From: the human T2T-CHM13v2.0 reference genome, Homo sapiens
Length of the DNA stretch: 64,000 bases
Assembly (NCBI RefSeq): GCF_009914755.1
Contig: NC_060932.1
Strand: one strand, 5' to 3'
Part shown: one piece after another, positions 14,153 through 28,689 of the stretch
Position numbering within the stretch: position 1 is the first letter of the stretch
How the letters are laid out: every line of letters starts with the position of its first letter
Made by a program: the position numbers and the translations under genes
The notes under the pieces: model-generated
What the model saw: only the letters and a program-made list of their open reading frames with translations
The model's database searches: none
What the model was told of the DNA's origin: nothing

Positions 14153-17100
14153 AAGAAGAGGAAGAGGAAAAAGAAGTGTGGCCAGAACTACTCCTGGGCA
14201 TTCCAAATCTTTGCCAACAAACTTGTACTCGAAGAATATGGCAGGAAAGCTGCCTGTGAAGTCAAGCCTGAAAAATACCTGAGGCTTCTAAGACTCTACT
14301 AATTTATAATACCTTTAGTAGTGTGCACACATTCACATAAGAAAGTTTCTCATTGAGACCCATTAGCAGAAACTGTGTGACTTCTGCAGTAGAAGTCCCA
14401 TTTCTGTTTTGAATTGCTTTCATTCTACCAATACCAAGAGAGAAAGGAGCCCTGCCCTGCACCGATCATAAAGTAAACCCAATTTAGATAGAGCTTGGGT
14501 ACAGTAATATAGGGAAACTGTGATGATCACTTATTTTTTAAAAATTCTTTTGGAAATGAAAAACTTAGGCAAGGTAAGCAGTGTAAGATGAAAAACAACA
14601 TCTGTAAGGGGTAGGTATGATTCATCTTCTTTTACCATGTTATTTTTCTTTGCCAGTAACTTTTTGTTGGAGAAGTTCGTGGTAAAACACAAACAAAAAC
14701 AAAAAACTTCTTCACTATCTTTATTGGTTAAAAGTTTCATCCCACCTACTGGGGTAGGCGTCAAAGGAGATCTTCTCTGTGCCCATTAATTTTTGGCCTT
14801 TAGATCTGAGAATTAACCACGACCAGTGTCTTAGCTTATTCTCTGTTTACTTTTTATTTACTTTTCTTGCTAGTCCTGGGGTAATGATCAGAGGCAAGAT
14901 GCCCATAATTTAGAGTTGTTAACTTATAAGAAAATTGCCTTTTAAATTCATAGGCGTTATAGTCTACTAGTGAGAAAACTTAGCATTACCTATTAAACTG
15001 GCAAGCATGTAGATATCAAAATTTGAACGTTATAGTCATATAATACTGGATAAAAATTCTGAATTACCATTTTGTACTTGAAATAAGATGGGCACTGGCC
15101 TTTCAGTTTTCCTAATCAGTAGGTAACATTCTGGTTTGGAAAATATCATGCTATAGTTATAATTTGTATTTATTAGTTGCTAAGTGCCAATAATTCTGTA
15201 AAATATAAAATGACACTATTCTTACTCTAGGGTTTATTTTTAGAGAATAAAAACCTCAAATGAAAATGCAGAAGCTAAAAGAAACTTCTGTTTCAGACAT
15301 AATACTTTTTTTTTAAATTTTTGCATCAGTGTTTTTCTGTTTATTTTTGATGTATTCCTTGTTCAAGCGGACATATGCGCAGAGATAGCTGCTATCTGAG
15401 ATGTCAGTAAAGAAGGTGGGCTTGTTTGATTTGTTTTGTTTTTCAGGATAACTTGGAAAGAGCTGAGAATGGAAAGTAGATCAAAGAAGTCCTGGTACTA
15501 AAGGAAACAATTCTGGACACTGGCTTGTGGAAAAGATCTGCTTTTCTGAGTAAAAGGAATACATAATATGTATAATATATAATATAACGCACATTAGCAC
15601 GTTAGACAGAACATTAATTTTCATAATTCATCAGACAACCTTTAATGCTCCCTTACTAGCAGGTATCAAAAGATACCCATATAGTTTGTCATCTTAGAAT
15701 AGACAGTGCATGTAATGTGAAAAAGAGACTGTCCATGGAACTAAGAAGGCTACTCTACAGCACAGACATTCCACAGGATTTGGAAACCCAAGTAATATGC
15801 ATAACAACTACAAGCAAATTGGAAACATGTTACATTGTTTCTCTAATGGCAAGTCTTACCAGTTAATTATCTCTTCTCATCATTTTCTCATCACATTTCT
15901 TCACTTGGAGCGCCCTTAATAACATTTGTACTTCAGTAATTATCTACCAACTTTATTTATTAGGGACATTTTTCATATTAATGACAACTTTTTAGACTTC
16001 TTCAGGCAAGACTGATCTCTTCTTGACCCTTCCATTTCTTTTGACTACACTCATCCCCTTTTTTCATCTTCTCTTCATATTTGGCTTCCAAAAGACTGCT
16101 CTCTTCTCTTTGATTCCTCCCATTTATTGGCTAGTATCTACTTTGGAAGTCAGCCCTTCCTTGTCATTACTTCCAAAATGGTTTCAATGCAAACCTCACT
16201 TGCCAGAAAACTCCATATACCATCTCTACTTATTATCTTATTCTTGTAACACACCATTATAGTTATATAGCAATTTGAAACCTTTATCTCCTTTGATTCT
16301 TAAAGCAATATAGTAACATAGAATGAGCAGATGTTACAGACCCTCATGGATAGGTAAGAATCAAATGTTTTCTTCAAAATCATGCAGATATTAAGTGTCA
16401 GAACCAGGAATAAAAAGCCATGTCTTCTAAGTTGTTAGACTGGAAATCTACTCAAGACATCCCACTGCTGTGTCAATGAACATCCTATAGTCTCATCTCT
16501 TTGACTTAACACACTATAATCTCTTCCTATTCCTTTTATTCATCATGTTATACCAGGAACCAAGGCACTGCCTTCACATATCCTTAATATTTGCTGCTCT
16601 CCATTTAGTTGTTCTGGGAGCTTATCCTTCACAATATTTGAACCTGTTTATCTTTCCCACGTATAAAAACAGAATTACTTTGTCAAGTCGATTTTTAACA
16701 TCTGGACTAGAATTTTCTTAAATACTACCCTGTCTTAATACCTCTTCCATTAAATTTATGTGTTAATTTTAATTATATTGTTAATATACTGCTCATATTT
16801 CATTTTGTCCCTGAAGCCTTTCATTGATTCTTTACTATTTTCGTTATCCAGGTCCGTTGGGAGTGGCCACCTCAGCTAGCATGGGGATCTTTATATAGAG
16901 AGGTTGATATGAAGGACAACACTGCAGCCCCAGTGTCCTAAAGTTAGATAGTCAAAGTAGTCAGATTTTCCCTGATGACAGTCTCAGCTACATGTTTAGC
17001 TTAGGTTTGCATTTTAAACACAAAACCTGGATGGTTACTGAACACCAGTGCACTGTTTCCTAGAGCATATTCAGTATGTTCTTTGAAGCAAAATAAGAGT

Positions 17101-17959
17101 TTCATTGTTAAGATTTAGGGAGGCCTATATTAAACAAACAGTTTTTATTAAGATGCTTCTTTTAGGATTAGGGTTCCATGGAACAACACTTTATGAAACC
17201 ATGCACCTAAATCTATACAAATTGAGCTAGAAATCCAAGGAGAGAGTTTCTCACAGGAGTCTTAGGACTTCCTGTTTCCCGTCTTTCTGGAAACACTTTG
17301 AGAAGAGACATGCATAGAATTCTGGCACTTAGCTTCTATTTGAGGCAGAGGTGCACTTTAATGAATAAAATAAACAAAATAATCTGTGCCTCGAACTTTA
17401 GTAAAAGGTTCTAAATGAGTGTACAGCAAGTCCTATTTGAAGTTTCTGGTAGACTTCTCCATACCCCTGTTTTACACTGCCTTCTCCAACATCTTATTGG
17501 AAATATTTCAAATCATTGAACATATCTTGAAGCTTTCACAGAAAAGGATATCCCTTTCAAATTGTTTCCCACAATAGAGTTCTTAACGTAGCAGCCAATG
17601 AATTCACAGTGGTGACAGTTGCCTAAGCTCTATGAGTATAAATATAGCCCTTCAAACAAGGAGGAAGATGTTGAAAATATAGAAACTTCATTTTTATCTG
17701 TCTGAATCTATTTACAGATGTTCCAATATTTTCCACTATTTTCAACATGTATGGTGTCAACATGTGTTGCAAATATGGGTTTGTAAAGAGTAATTTTTCT
17801 CCCCATTTAAATACACACAGATTTAGTTCAGGTTAAATTTATACTTTACGTGTCTAATTGGAATGCAATAAATTTCCTCTCAAAGTCTGAAATCATATTT
17901 GTTTGGAAATTCAAATTTGGAGTAGAAGCATAGATACTATAAGTAAATATTGGCAAATA

Positions 17960-18930
17960 AATGTAAAGTTTGGGGTAAAGAAGAATAAGCTAAATGTATT
18001 ATAAAAACCAGCAACTAAGAAAAAAAAAGATTGATACATTTCATAACACAGAGATGTAATGTTTCTATTAAAAAATAAGTTGGACAATAAATAATAAACT
18101 AGAGAAAATTTTGTAACATATATTACAAAGTTTTAATATCCATTAAAGAGCTCATATGAGTTAATTTAAAAAAGGATAAACAATATAGTAGAAAAAATGT
18201 TAAACATACATAAATAGGCTAGTATGTAGTCACAGAAAAAGAAATCTAGTCACAGAAGAAATGCAAATGGTTAATACACACAAAAACATGCACAACTTAA
18301 CTTCTGAACAAGCCGAGATTAATTAGATGGCTAGCAAAGTTTTGGGAAATTTGAAAGCCCAGGTACTCTTAGGGAGAAGGTAAAATGTGAAGATAACTTG
18401 TGAATATCTATAAAAAATTTAAATTATCACATCACTAATTATAGTTTTGATAAATTATATATCTATTAACATAAATAATACTTATAATAGGTTATAAATT
18501 ATAGTGCATCTATAAAAATAGATTGCTACTCATTCTTGAAAATGAATGAGGTATATCTGTTTATGGTTATATGTGTAATATATGTATGACAAATTATTAT
18601 GAAATAAATAGTAGAAAAAACCCCAATGATAAAATAATCTACACATATATGCACATATCATATAAACAAGTACTTGTGCATGTGTGCAATTATATATGAG
18701 TGTACATCTGTGTAAACACACACATAAATATGCACACTCTATATATACACATATGTTAGTATGTTTAGAGAAAACATCTGGAAGAGTAAGCACTGAATTT
18801 AATCTCTTAATGATGATTCTCTGCTAGCAGGTGGTATGGTGTAGGGGTGTGGAATTAGGGGAAATTTGACTTACAACTGTATATGCATGTATATAATTTA
18901 ATATACATGTATATACAACAAGTTTGTCTT
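17960..18930 (+). mobile_element. Old L1 (L1ME-like) relic
   Basis: A-rich degraded LINE1 ORF2-end/3' UTR-like sequence (cacagaagaaatgcaaatggttaatac). Confidence 0.5.
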
Positions 18931-19299
18931 ACTTGTTTTTATTTATCATAGAAATGGAGGAAACAGTCATAGGTCTAGAATGGCCTGTGCAAATGCTATC
19001 CAGAAATTTTAAAGGTGGGCTGAATTAGTGAACCTCAGAGTATACAATAGTAACATTGAGTGCCATGCAATGGGCTTTTGACAATGCAGAATAGTGGTGT
19101 AAACACGATCTCTATTTTATTCATGTTGAAAACGATAAATGGATTTACAGTATTTAATGTAAACAATATGATTTGTTTTTTCCACTATAAGTATTTTTAT
19201 TAGTTGTGTGTGTGTGTGAGTCTTTGTGTGTGTGTGAGTCTCTGTGTGTCGTATGGATAAATGGCATTTGTTGGGTTAGAGCTATTGGGACATTTCCCA

Positions 19300-20400
19300 G
19301 TTCCTTATTCATTTAACATTCAAAATGCATTTAATACTAAATATGCTTATGTGTAGAAAATTGTGCCCGGGAGCAGGAAGACAATGAAAATAAAACACAT
19401 TCTCTGTGTCCTAGAAGGTCACAGCCTAATAGTATGGATATAGATAAATAAACATGCACACACAGAAACATACATATATTATAATGTGATCAGATAAGTG
19501 AAATTATGGGGAGGAAACAGGTACAGGGCTATCACATAGGTCATAATGAGCAAATCTATCTGGTAGAGCCAGAGACGGACTGTTAGAGAAGCTGACACAT
19601 GCAATGAGTTTCCAAGGATGAACAGAAATTTGTGAGTTGAATAAGGAATGTCAGGCAAACATCAAATATGTCTGAAATAACATCATGTGTTCAGTGTCAT
19701 ACTAACAACTAACATGATTAAACACTGCTGCTCATGTCAGGCACTGTTCTCAGTGATTTACACACATTAACTCAATCTTCATCTTAACTTCATACAGTAC
19801 AATTATTGTCATTGTTGTGTTACAAATTAGGAAACCAAAACACATAGAGTCTATGTAAGTTGCACAAAGTCACACAAATAATATGTGACTTAGTCGATTA
19901 TCCCAGGAATCAAGGAAAAGTGAAACCAGGCAGTCTGGCCTCAGAGCTCATGCTCTTAACTATTAGCGTGTATCCTCTAAAAAATAAGATTATTGGAAGT
20001 AAGTCTGCAAAAGTAAGATTATAGTGATCATGGACTGTATTGTGTGCTAAAGAACTTGAACTCTCTTCTATCAGTTATAGAGAATTGTCATTTGGTTGAG
20101 AGGGAATTAATAGAGGAAAATAGTCTGACTTGCATTTTAGAAAGAAGACTTTGGCACAGCTTCTGGATAAGGACTGGAGTGGCACATAGCTTAAACCCAG
20201 AGGTCACTGCAGTGGCCTAGACAAGAATTCATGGCAGCTTGACCTAAGACATAGTCAGTGGGAATGGAAAGGATGGGACGGATTAGAAAAATATTTAGAA
20301 GATGGAATTGATAGCATCAACAGTGACTGGTGAGTTGTGGGGGATTAGGGAAAGAGAAGAATTAAGATGAGCCTTAGATTTCCAATTTGATCAGAATTGT
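19300..20400 (-). mobile_element. L2 relic interrupted by a MIR (~19715-19975)
   Basis: L2 3' end ttattcatttaac, tgacttgcattttagaaagaagactttggc, and a MIR core in the middle. Confidence 0.6.
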
Positions 20401-21084
20401 ATTTCATGCCAAGATACTACGGTTATTATAATTTAAAAAAAGGAAAATGCTATATGCTATTAAATATTATTTTAAAAATTAACAGGGAAAAAAGGTAACA
20501 TTCTAGTATGTAGGTGTTCTATTTACAAGAAAAAGACTAGAATAATATAAATTCAAAAAGTCACCTTTTTTATCCTTGTTATAAACAACTAATATAATTC
20601 AGCCTAGTTTAATGTTAGAAGTTAGCAAGTTACTTTAGCATTTTGTAAATAATTTATCAAATGAAAGATAGCTTTAATTTAAAAGACTATGATTTCATTT
20701 TTCATTTCTTTAGGCATATTAAGCATTAAATATCAATACTGTATTTTATTGCAATAATTAGTAAGGCATAATTTGGTATCTTGAAGTTGCACATGTTTCA
20801 ATCACTTAAAATTAATTAACTTAATAACTTCCCATAACTCCAGCTAGAAGATAGATGAGCATGTCAAATAAGTTCAGTGAATTCCCAAGGTAAAATAAAT
20901 AGTTTATATCTTCTGCTCTAATATTAGAAGGACTAAATAATGACCTATATAGTGACAGGCCAAAAACAACTGGTCTACCCCTTTCTTCAAATGAATATTT
21001 GTTTGTTTTAAGAGAATAACTTGACAACTACATCAATTATACTTGAGGCCTCATCACATTGCAAAAATATTTTTATAATAATTA

Positions 21085-21290
21085 AGGCAGAGAATCACCA
21101 TGAACTTGAACTCTAATTTTGCCATATCCTTAGCTGTTTGGTCATAAGCAACTTACTTGATTTCTGTGAGCCTCAGGGCTTTTTTTAAGTGTAAAATAGA
21201 AATAATAATACATACTTTGCAGGATTGGTTGGAGGATTGGAAATAGTAAGTTAAAGCACCTGGCACAGATGTTTACCTTGTACTAGTAGC
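21085..21290 (+). mobile_element. MIR SINE relic
   Basis: agcaacttacttgatttctgtgagcctcag...gtaaaatagaaataataata...aaagcacctggcacag. Confidence 0.65.
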
Positions 21291-23465
21291 TATGCGGCAG
21301 CTAGTATTGCTCAAACTATGTAGGAATGGCCATCACATGTCTCGTTTCAGTTCACTCTGAACGGTCTTACTGAAGACTTCCTTAATCTTCACTCTGCATA
21401 CTCAGCACAATCAAGAAAGCCCGTGTGCTCCGTCTTTGTATACATGGGGTTTTGATTTCCCTTCCTGTATACCCTGGTGAGACAGAAGGGCTCCTTCTGG
21501 AATATTCTTTAGCCTGGCTTTGCTTCCGCCTTGCAAAAAGTTGGGGTTAAGTCAGAGATGGGCGGGTGCTGGGAAAACTGGCCAGTTGACCAAACCTTTC
21601 GACTAACAGACCCAGTCACATATTTGGTTCAACTGAAGGAAACTGCATTAGGACATCATTTCCTGTACACCTCTATTCCATTGTTTTAGAAAGCAGTAGG
21701 AAACATACTGGAGGAAACTAGTGAAAGTTTACATTTTGTGTCCTACTTTGTGTTCATCTCACTCCCTTTGTGGGCAAGGTAAAATATTAATGTTTCCCAT
21801 TTACTTAGGTTCTTGGTTGTGTAATTCCAATTATATGGTTGAGTTACAGATTCCTTACTCCCAAGTGTTGTTTCTTTGAGGTAAGAAACAAAACCAGGTT
21901 TTAAGTTTCGGGTAGCATCCAACAAAAGAAAAACATATTGCCTAAAGAGAGCAAACTGGAAGCTTTTTAGAGTGACTCCCTCTGGACTGTTAGGAAAACA
22001 AACAGCAGAGCAAACGTTGCTAATCCTGTTTCTGCTTTGTGCTTCTGGCCATGTAGGGGATAGAGAAGTGAATCTCATGAGGCCAAAAATCCATTTCCAA
22101 TCCTACAAGTGATGCATTTAATTTGTCAGGATGTAAATCAGCAGGACCTCTCAGCATGTTTGTGTAGTATAATCCTAACCATAAAATATTCCTCCTCATT
22201 TTGCCAAAGCAGTGGTGGACCTTCCTAAGGGCCAGCTCACTGACTTGGCGGCTGAAGCCCCATCTTACTCAAACCTGGTAAGTCCCACACCCAGACACAA
22301 CCCCTGACATTCCTTGGGGAGGAAACAAAGCTTAATTTAGATAATCCCCCCTGCAAAGTGTATTAGCTGATCCAAACCAGACCTGACCAACTAAAGGCAT
22401 GTTGTTGCTGCATTTCAGAGATGCCTTAATGTAGAAATAGCTTCTTGTTGCATTTGGAGGATTAAGATTCATATAAGGAATAACCAGTGGTAATCGATAA
22501 ACTATTTTTTTAAAACATAAACAGCTTCATGCTTGACTTTGAACCTCTCTCCACTTAAATAGGAGGAGCACATTTCTTTGTTGCAATATAAATTGCCTGG
22601 CAGAGCTCCCCTAATTCCATTGCACATATGAAAATAAACAATAACAATAAACAGAATAGGGAAAGTATGCTATGTATCACAAATGGGTATTTTTTATTTG
22701 TATAAAGAAAAACACTTCTCTTTTTTTTAAGTTGTTTATGGAAGACTATGTCTAATTTAAGAACAGATGTTCTGCCAATACTCCATCACACACATTAGGC
22801 CCTTAGACAAGAAGATAGACAGATAACTATAGAGATACAGCAATACCAGGAGGCATAGAAATTGATAGAAAAATACCCCAGAACCACATGTGAGATAATG
22901 CCATACTTGAGGGGTCCACTGTCGAAAAAGAAAGAGATGTGGAATGGAAGTGTAAGATGCATGCAGGTTTTTGTCTGTGTGAGCACAGAAATGAATTTCC
23001 AATTAAAACCCAAATCTCTGAATTTGTAGTGAAATACCTATATTACTAGAAAAGGAAATTGCTATAATCCTGAAAAAATTAACATTAGCAATAAATGATG
23101 TGATTTACACGTGTAAGAAAACCTGAGTTTTCTGTTGAAATTAGAATTTAATGAGAGGGGAAAGTTCATCAGCAGAAGGCACAAATATGTTTGGGATCAG
23201 AAGTCAGATTCCTTTGAGATACTGAAGTGCATGGAAGCCCCTTCTACCTGACCCAGAGTGGAGCTCTTTTGAGAGCTTGCACCCTAACTCACTTTTACTG
23301 ATAGAGCAGAGAGAACAACTTTAAAGCAGTTTGCCTTTAAAATATAATATTTCATAGTGAGAATTCTATAGTAGGAAATGATACCAGATGCTGCATAAAA
23401 ATCATGATGGGAAGACAAGAAAATCTGAAATGATCCAGAATTAAGGTAGAAAGGATACATTTTTA

Positions 23466-23600
23466 AGAAATAAAGAGAAAGAAAGAAAGAAAGAAAGAAA
23501 AAGAAAGAAAGAAAAGAAAGAAAGAAAGGAGGGAGGGAGGGAGGGAGGGAGGGAAGGAAGGAAGGAAGGAAGGAAGGAAGGAAGGAAGGAAGGAAGGATG
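23466..23600 (+). repeat. Polypurine compound microsatellite (GAAA)n-(GGGA)n-(GGAA)11
   Basis: Directly visible. There are 11 consecutive GGAA units at 23552-23595. Confidence 0.95.
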
Positions 23601-25708
23601 GATAAATATGAGAAGGAGGGAAGAAAAGAGAAAGAGACAGAGTACCTGAGTACAAGTGGTGCATAAGGATGGCATTTGTTTTGCAGTTAGGGAGGAGACT
23701 TTTCAGGCATCCCAGTTTATGTTATGGTATCATGACAGCTCAAGGGTCAGATACAGACAAAGATATAATATGCAGATCAGTAGGGAAAAACTAAAGAATG
23801 TAAATTCATGCTGGCAACTCTTTCAGAAATAAATCAGGTGGTAACATAACTACTGAGAGATGGATTCAAACCACCTTAGGTTATACCAGTAAAATGAAAT
23901 ATGCAGTTATTAAGAATATTAGAGAATATTTTATTAATGTAAAATGACATCTATCTCCAAAGAAGTCAGACTTCCAGACTGTGTGTAAGGTATGACAGAA
24001 CTTTTTGTGAAAATGATATTTATATATAAAATGCAGCAAAATATGCAGCTCTTTCTGTATGATAAAGCTGTGGTTTTTAATTTTCCTGTGTGTTTTTTTT
24101 TGTCCTTATGCTATAATAAACGTGCTATTGTATAATTATAAAACCAAACGACGACTCAGAAAAATAAGGGAAAATTGTCATCGTTTTACTTATCCATGAT
24201 TCCTGGGCAAAGCCTTCACAAATAGCATCTTGAAATATGACTGTAAATGTGGTTCACTTTTGGTGACAAAATTAAACCATAAAGGGGTGACCCTAGATTA
24301 AGGGGTGGTTGAAGCATACCTATTACATACATGTATAGGTCTGGTTACTGTGAAATTGCAGGAGAATAAATGGTATATTTCAACAGGATTGTTAGTTCTA
24401 GAACATTTAATCATGCAATAAGGGTCAAGTCCTGTCAAGTTTATTTGTAGTTATACAGCTAACCCCATGTCACAGTACAAGGATAAATAAATGTAACACT
24501 TAGAAATACAAGTCATACAGCATGAGTGACCCCTTTCAGATTCTAAACCAACAGCCAGGTTTGTATTTTTCATGCAGAAGTTTAATTGTAATTGTTGCAT
24601 TATGCTCTACTTTTAGCATGAAGTTGGGAAATTCTTTTAGTTTGTAGATAATATGAAGAGGCCATGTGTTATAGTGGAAAGATCCTGACACCTAAATTAC
24701 ATTCCAATTTCGGCCACTAGCAAGTTGTGTGACCTTGGACAGGTCACTGCCTTCCACTGAGTCTCTGTTCCCTCACTTGTAAAGAACAGAACTAGCAGTC
24801 CTCTTAGGTGCCTTCCTGGTGTGGAATATAAAGGGAACTCTAGTGCCACCAATTCAATGGCATTTAACCAGTTTCTATCAATACCATGGTCTTCACCTCA
24901 ATATTATGCATAGGAACTGAACCTTCTTCAAGTTATCTAGATACCCCGAAGAAAAATCAATGTAATGCAAGAAACTTGTCCTAAGGAAGTCAGTGTTTTG
25001 AATTGTTCATCATCAATGTTAATGACTTCAAAATAATACACTCTTTCATTGTCCCAGCATTCAAGATGTCTAAGTTCCAATTCAATCAACTGAAATGATT
25101 CATAATTTATAAAACAAGATGGTGTGATGACATCTATAAAGCTAACCAAAGAAATTTACTATGTCCAAAGTAAATGGCTGTAAATGACAACTAAAAAACC
25201 AAACCCTTGATCAGCTTTATAGGTAAATTATTTTCTAGAAAAAATATACATTTTCCTTCTCTCTAGTGCTATATTTCTGAATTCAAAAACGCTGTAGCTT
25301 TGTAAAAGCCTAAGAATTGGGGTTTGAGTAGGAATTTAAGAGGCTCTATTCTCTGTTGTTATAGGTTTTCATTCTGCTGAAAAATGTCAATATTTTATGT
25401 CACTTTATTTAGTCATAGAATCAAATTTTTGTAGATATGGTGAGATTTGAACTACTACCATTAGAGAAATTAATGCTAAAAGTTATATAAAGCAAATATT
25501 TCAAGAGTATCAGCAACAATATTAATTTATTCCTGACATACTAGCTGAATTTACCTTAAGCTCTCCTTTATTTTTATATTAATATTAATTTGGCTCTATA
25601 TTTCATTTTTGTAAACCACCTCAACCTTATTTGTTTAAGAGTTGGCAGAGAGGTGAAGGATATAAATAAGTACACACAGAAACATTTTTGGAATAAAGCA
25701 ATCCTCAC

Positions 25709-25830
25709 CTGTTTTTTTCATGGATCTTCAAGATTTCATTTGTCTGTTGAAGAAGTTGCTTCTCTAGCTTGTAGGTGGATAATGAATTCTCCAGCAGCTG
25801 TATCTCAAGTCGAGAAGTTTGATTTAGTAC
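25709..25830 (-). CDS. ANGPT1: Angiopoietin-1 coding exon 3 ([41 protein letters not shown]), phase 0-2, 122 nt
   Basis: Read manually on the minus strand (absent from the ORF track). Acceptor tcttaag|GTA at 25830 and donor AG|gtgagg at 25709. It continues the exon 2 frame. Confidence 0.96.
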
Positions 25831-25942
25831 CTTAAGATAAAAGATGAAAATATTTCAAACTTCAGTCACGAATCAAAGAACTTTTTTAAGTTTTATTTTG
25901 TCGTTAAATATTTTTTCAAGAATAATTTAACAAATGGTTTAC

Positions 25943-26261
<319 letters not shown>

Positions 26262-27371
26262 TTATATTCTACCAACTAATGTTTTACATGCCTTTCAGAT
26301 ATTATTTTGGTTTGAGATTGAAATTGCAATTGAACAAACATATTGTGTTTTAGGACTTCTGTGTCCTAAAACCCTAGGATATTCTCCTGTGCTAGTTGCT
26401 TCATATATTTTATCTCCAATATCTGTAAGTGCACGTTAGTATTAAGTACAAGGTCTTAGATATTGTGAATAATTAAGAATAACTAATAGGCATGTAAAAG
26501 ATACCTGCCTTGGTGGATCACCTGGCAAAAAACAATTAGAAATGTGCAAAATTCTCTTGACATAGTTTAGAAAGACTCATTATCACACATTTATAGAACG
26601 CCTATCACACTAGGTAATGCTAGCCTTTCCGGATATCATGACCACCTATCAAAGGAGAAATTGTTATCATCACTTTACAAATGAGAAAACTGAGCTTCAG
26701 ACAGAAGCCCAAGTTCACACAGGAACCAAGGGAAGAGTGGGGTTTCAAACTCAGGTAGTTTTATTCTGATTCTGCTGCTTTGCAAAGAAAATTAAGGAGA
26801 CGGTGAGTCAAACCAATCTGAGGAAATGAAATGACCCAGAACCCAGATTGTATGAGAGACAGATTGTTCTCATCCTTTCAACACCACTATTACTACTCTG
26901 GTGGTCCTCTAGAAACTGTGAAGGCTCAATTCATCTTGAATCACAATGACCCATGTGTCCAGCTGGGCCTTATTATGACATGAGTCTGTGAGCTGTGCAC
27001 CTAAACCTATCATTCTCCAGGCAAAGAATGCACACTCCAGTCCTAGCAGATGCCTTCAAATTGTGTCAATGCCCTGTTCCTGACTCTTTCTTGTCCTTCC
27101 CTCTCTTTACTCCTTAAGGGAGGTATAAAACAAAGAAAGAAGATAAATTAATTTTAAAAGCTCCTCACATTATTTGAAACATTTTTTAACTACCACATCT
27201 TTCCTAAAACTGCTTATTTAAAAGGACCTGGAAATACTTCTGCCAGGTCAATATCAATGTAAAGTTCCTCTACAAATGATGCCATTAGAGCTGTCCTCCT
27301 TTTCTGCAGCGTCTCTAAATCTAGGATTACATCAGATGCACACAGAAAGTCTACTCAACATATACCAACAG

Positions 27372-27682
27372 GGCCAGGTGTGGTGGCTCACACCTGTAAT
27401 CCCAACCCTTTGGGAGGCTGTAGCAGGTGGCTTGCTTGAGCTCAGGAGTTCAAGGCCAGCCTGGGTAACACGGCAAAACCCCATCTCTACAAAAACATAC
27501 AAAAATTAACTGGGCATGGTGGTTTGTGCCTGTAGTCCCAGCTACTCAGGAGGCTAAGGAAGGAGAATCACTTGGGCCTGGCAGGCAGAGTTTGCAGTGA
27601 GCCATAATTATGCCACTGCACTACAGCCTGGGTGACAGAGTGAGACCCTATCTCAAAAAATAAAATAAAATAAAAAACAAAA
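27372..27682 (+). mobile_element. AluJ-type SINE
   Basis: ttgcttgagctcaggagttc and gagtgagaccct are J diagnostics. Degenerate TSD ata(t/c)accaa(c/t)ag. Confidence 0.85.
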
Positions 27683-27756
27683 TACACCAATAGACCCTGG
27701 GCTGGACTTGGGCTACAGGAATTTGCAGGAGTAGGGGATGTATTTGAAGGGAGCAA

Positions 27757-27999
27757 GGCAGGAACTAGGCTGAGGTGAGAGAGGCAAATGCCTCAGTTGC
27801 AAAACTTAAAGGGGTGCCAGAAATCTCAGTAATCAAGGTAAGTAATATTTTAATGTAACATTTTTAAAATTTTACAATTAATTCAAGAAATCCACATTTA
27901 ACAGAATATCATTTAAAAATAAAGACAGGATCTGATTCTGCACATGTATGATTTGGTCTGATGTGGTCTCACTTGCCTCACCCTACAGTCCTAGCCCCG
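27757..27999. mobile_element. hAT-Tip100 MITE (MER96B-like)
   Basis: Imperfect terminal inverted repeats aactaggctgaggtgagag / cacttgcctcaccctacagtcc, with an internal aaggggtgccagaaatctcagtaatcaag. Confidence 0.6.
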
Positions 28000-28689
28000 C
28001 AAGGGGTGGAACAGGAGGGTGAGGAGGGGATGGGGCAGAGAATGGTGAGATGGAGCATTTATACTCTAAAAAAGTTTAAACTGCTATGACTCATTTATAC
28101 AGTCATTAGTAAGGATCTGAAAGCCCGTCTAAAATGTACTACTACTAATCATATTCATGTTTGTAAAGGGTTTCAGCGTTTTAAAAAACATTTTTTCTAT
28201 TCTGTATTATTTCATTTCAAAACAAACAATTTGAAGGTAGAGTTTGGAGTAGCTCAGTGGGGATAAATGGTAGAGAATATAAATATTGGAGATGCACAAG
28301 ATATAACTTTCAACTATTAAACATATTATTGTCCAAGTAAGATTTGTATTTGTTTATTGAGTGACAATTTATAAAATAATGAAATAGGGAATGAAACACT
28401 TGTATGTTTTGGTGACATTTAGAACAAAGCTTGGCACAGAGACAACACTCAATATTTGTTTATGGATACTCAGTATTTGCTTATGAGGTACATTGTCTCA
28501 CTAAATCAAGCATATCATATGCAGTTAAATGAAATCTATTTTCTTTCTTATTCGCCGTACTCTCTGATCACAGTTCCTGACATTCTCAGACACCAAAAAT
28601 TTTAATTTCCAAAAGACAGTAAGTATTCTCCTCCATGTCCATTGAGAACAAAATGGAACCATTTAAAATTGAAAACAAAGCTGCCCATA

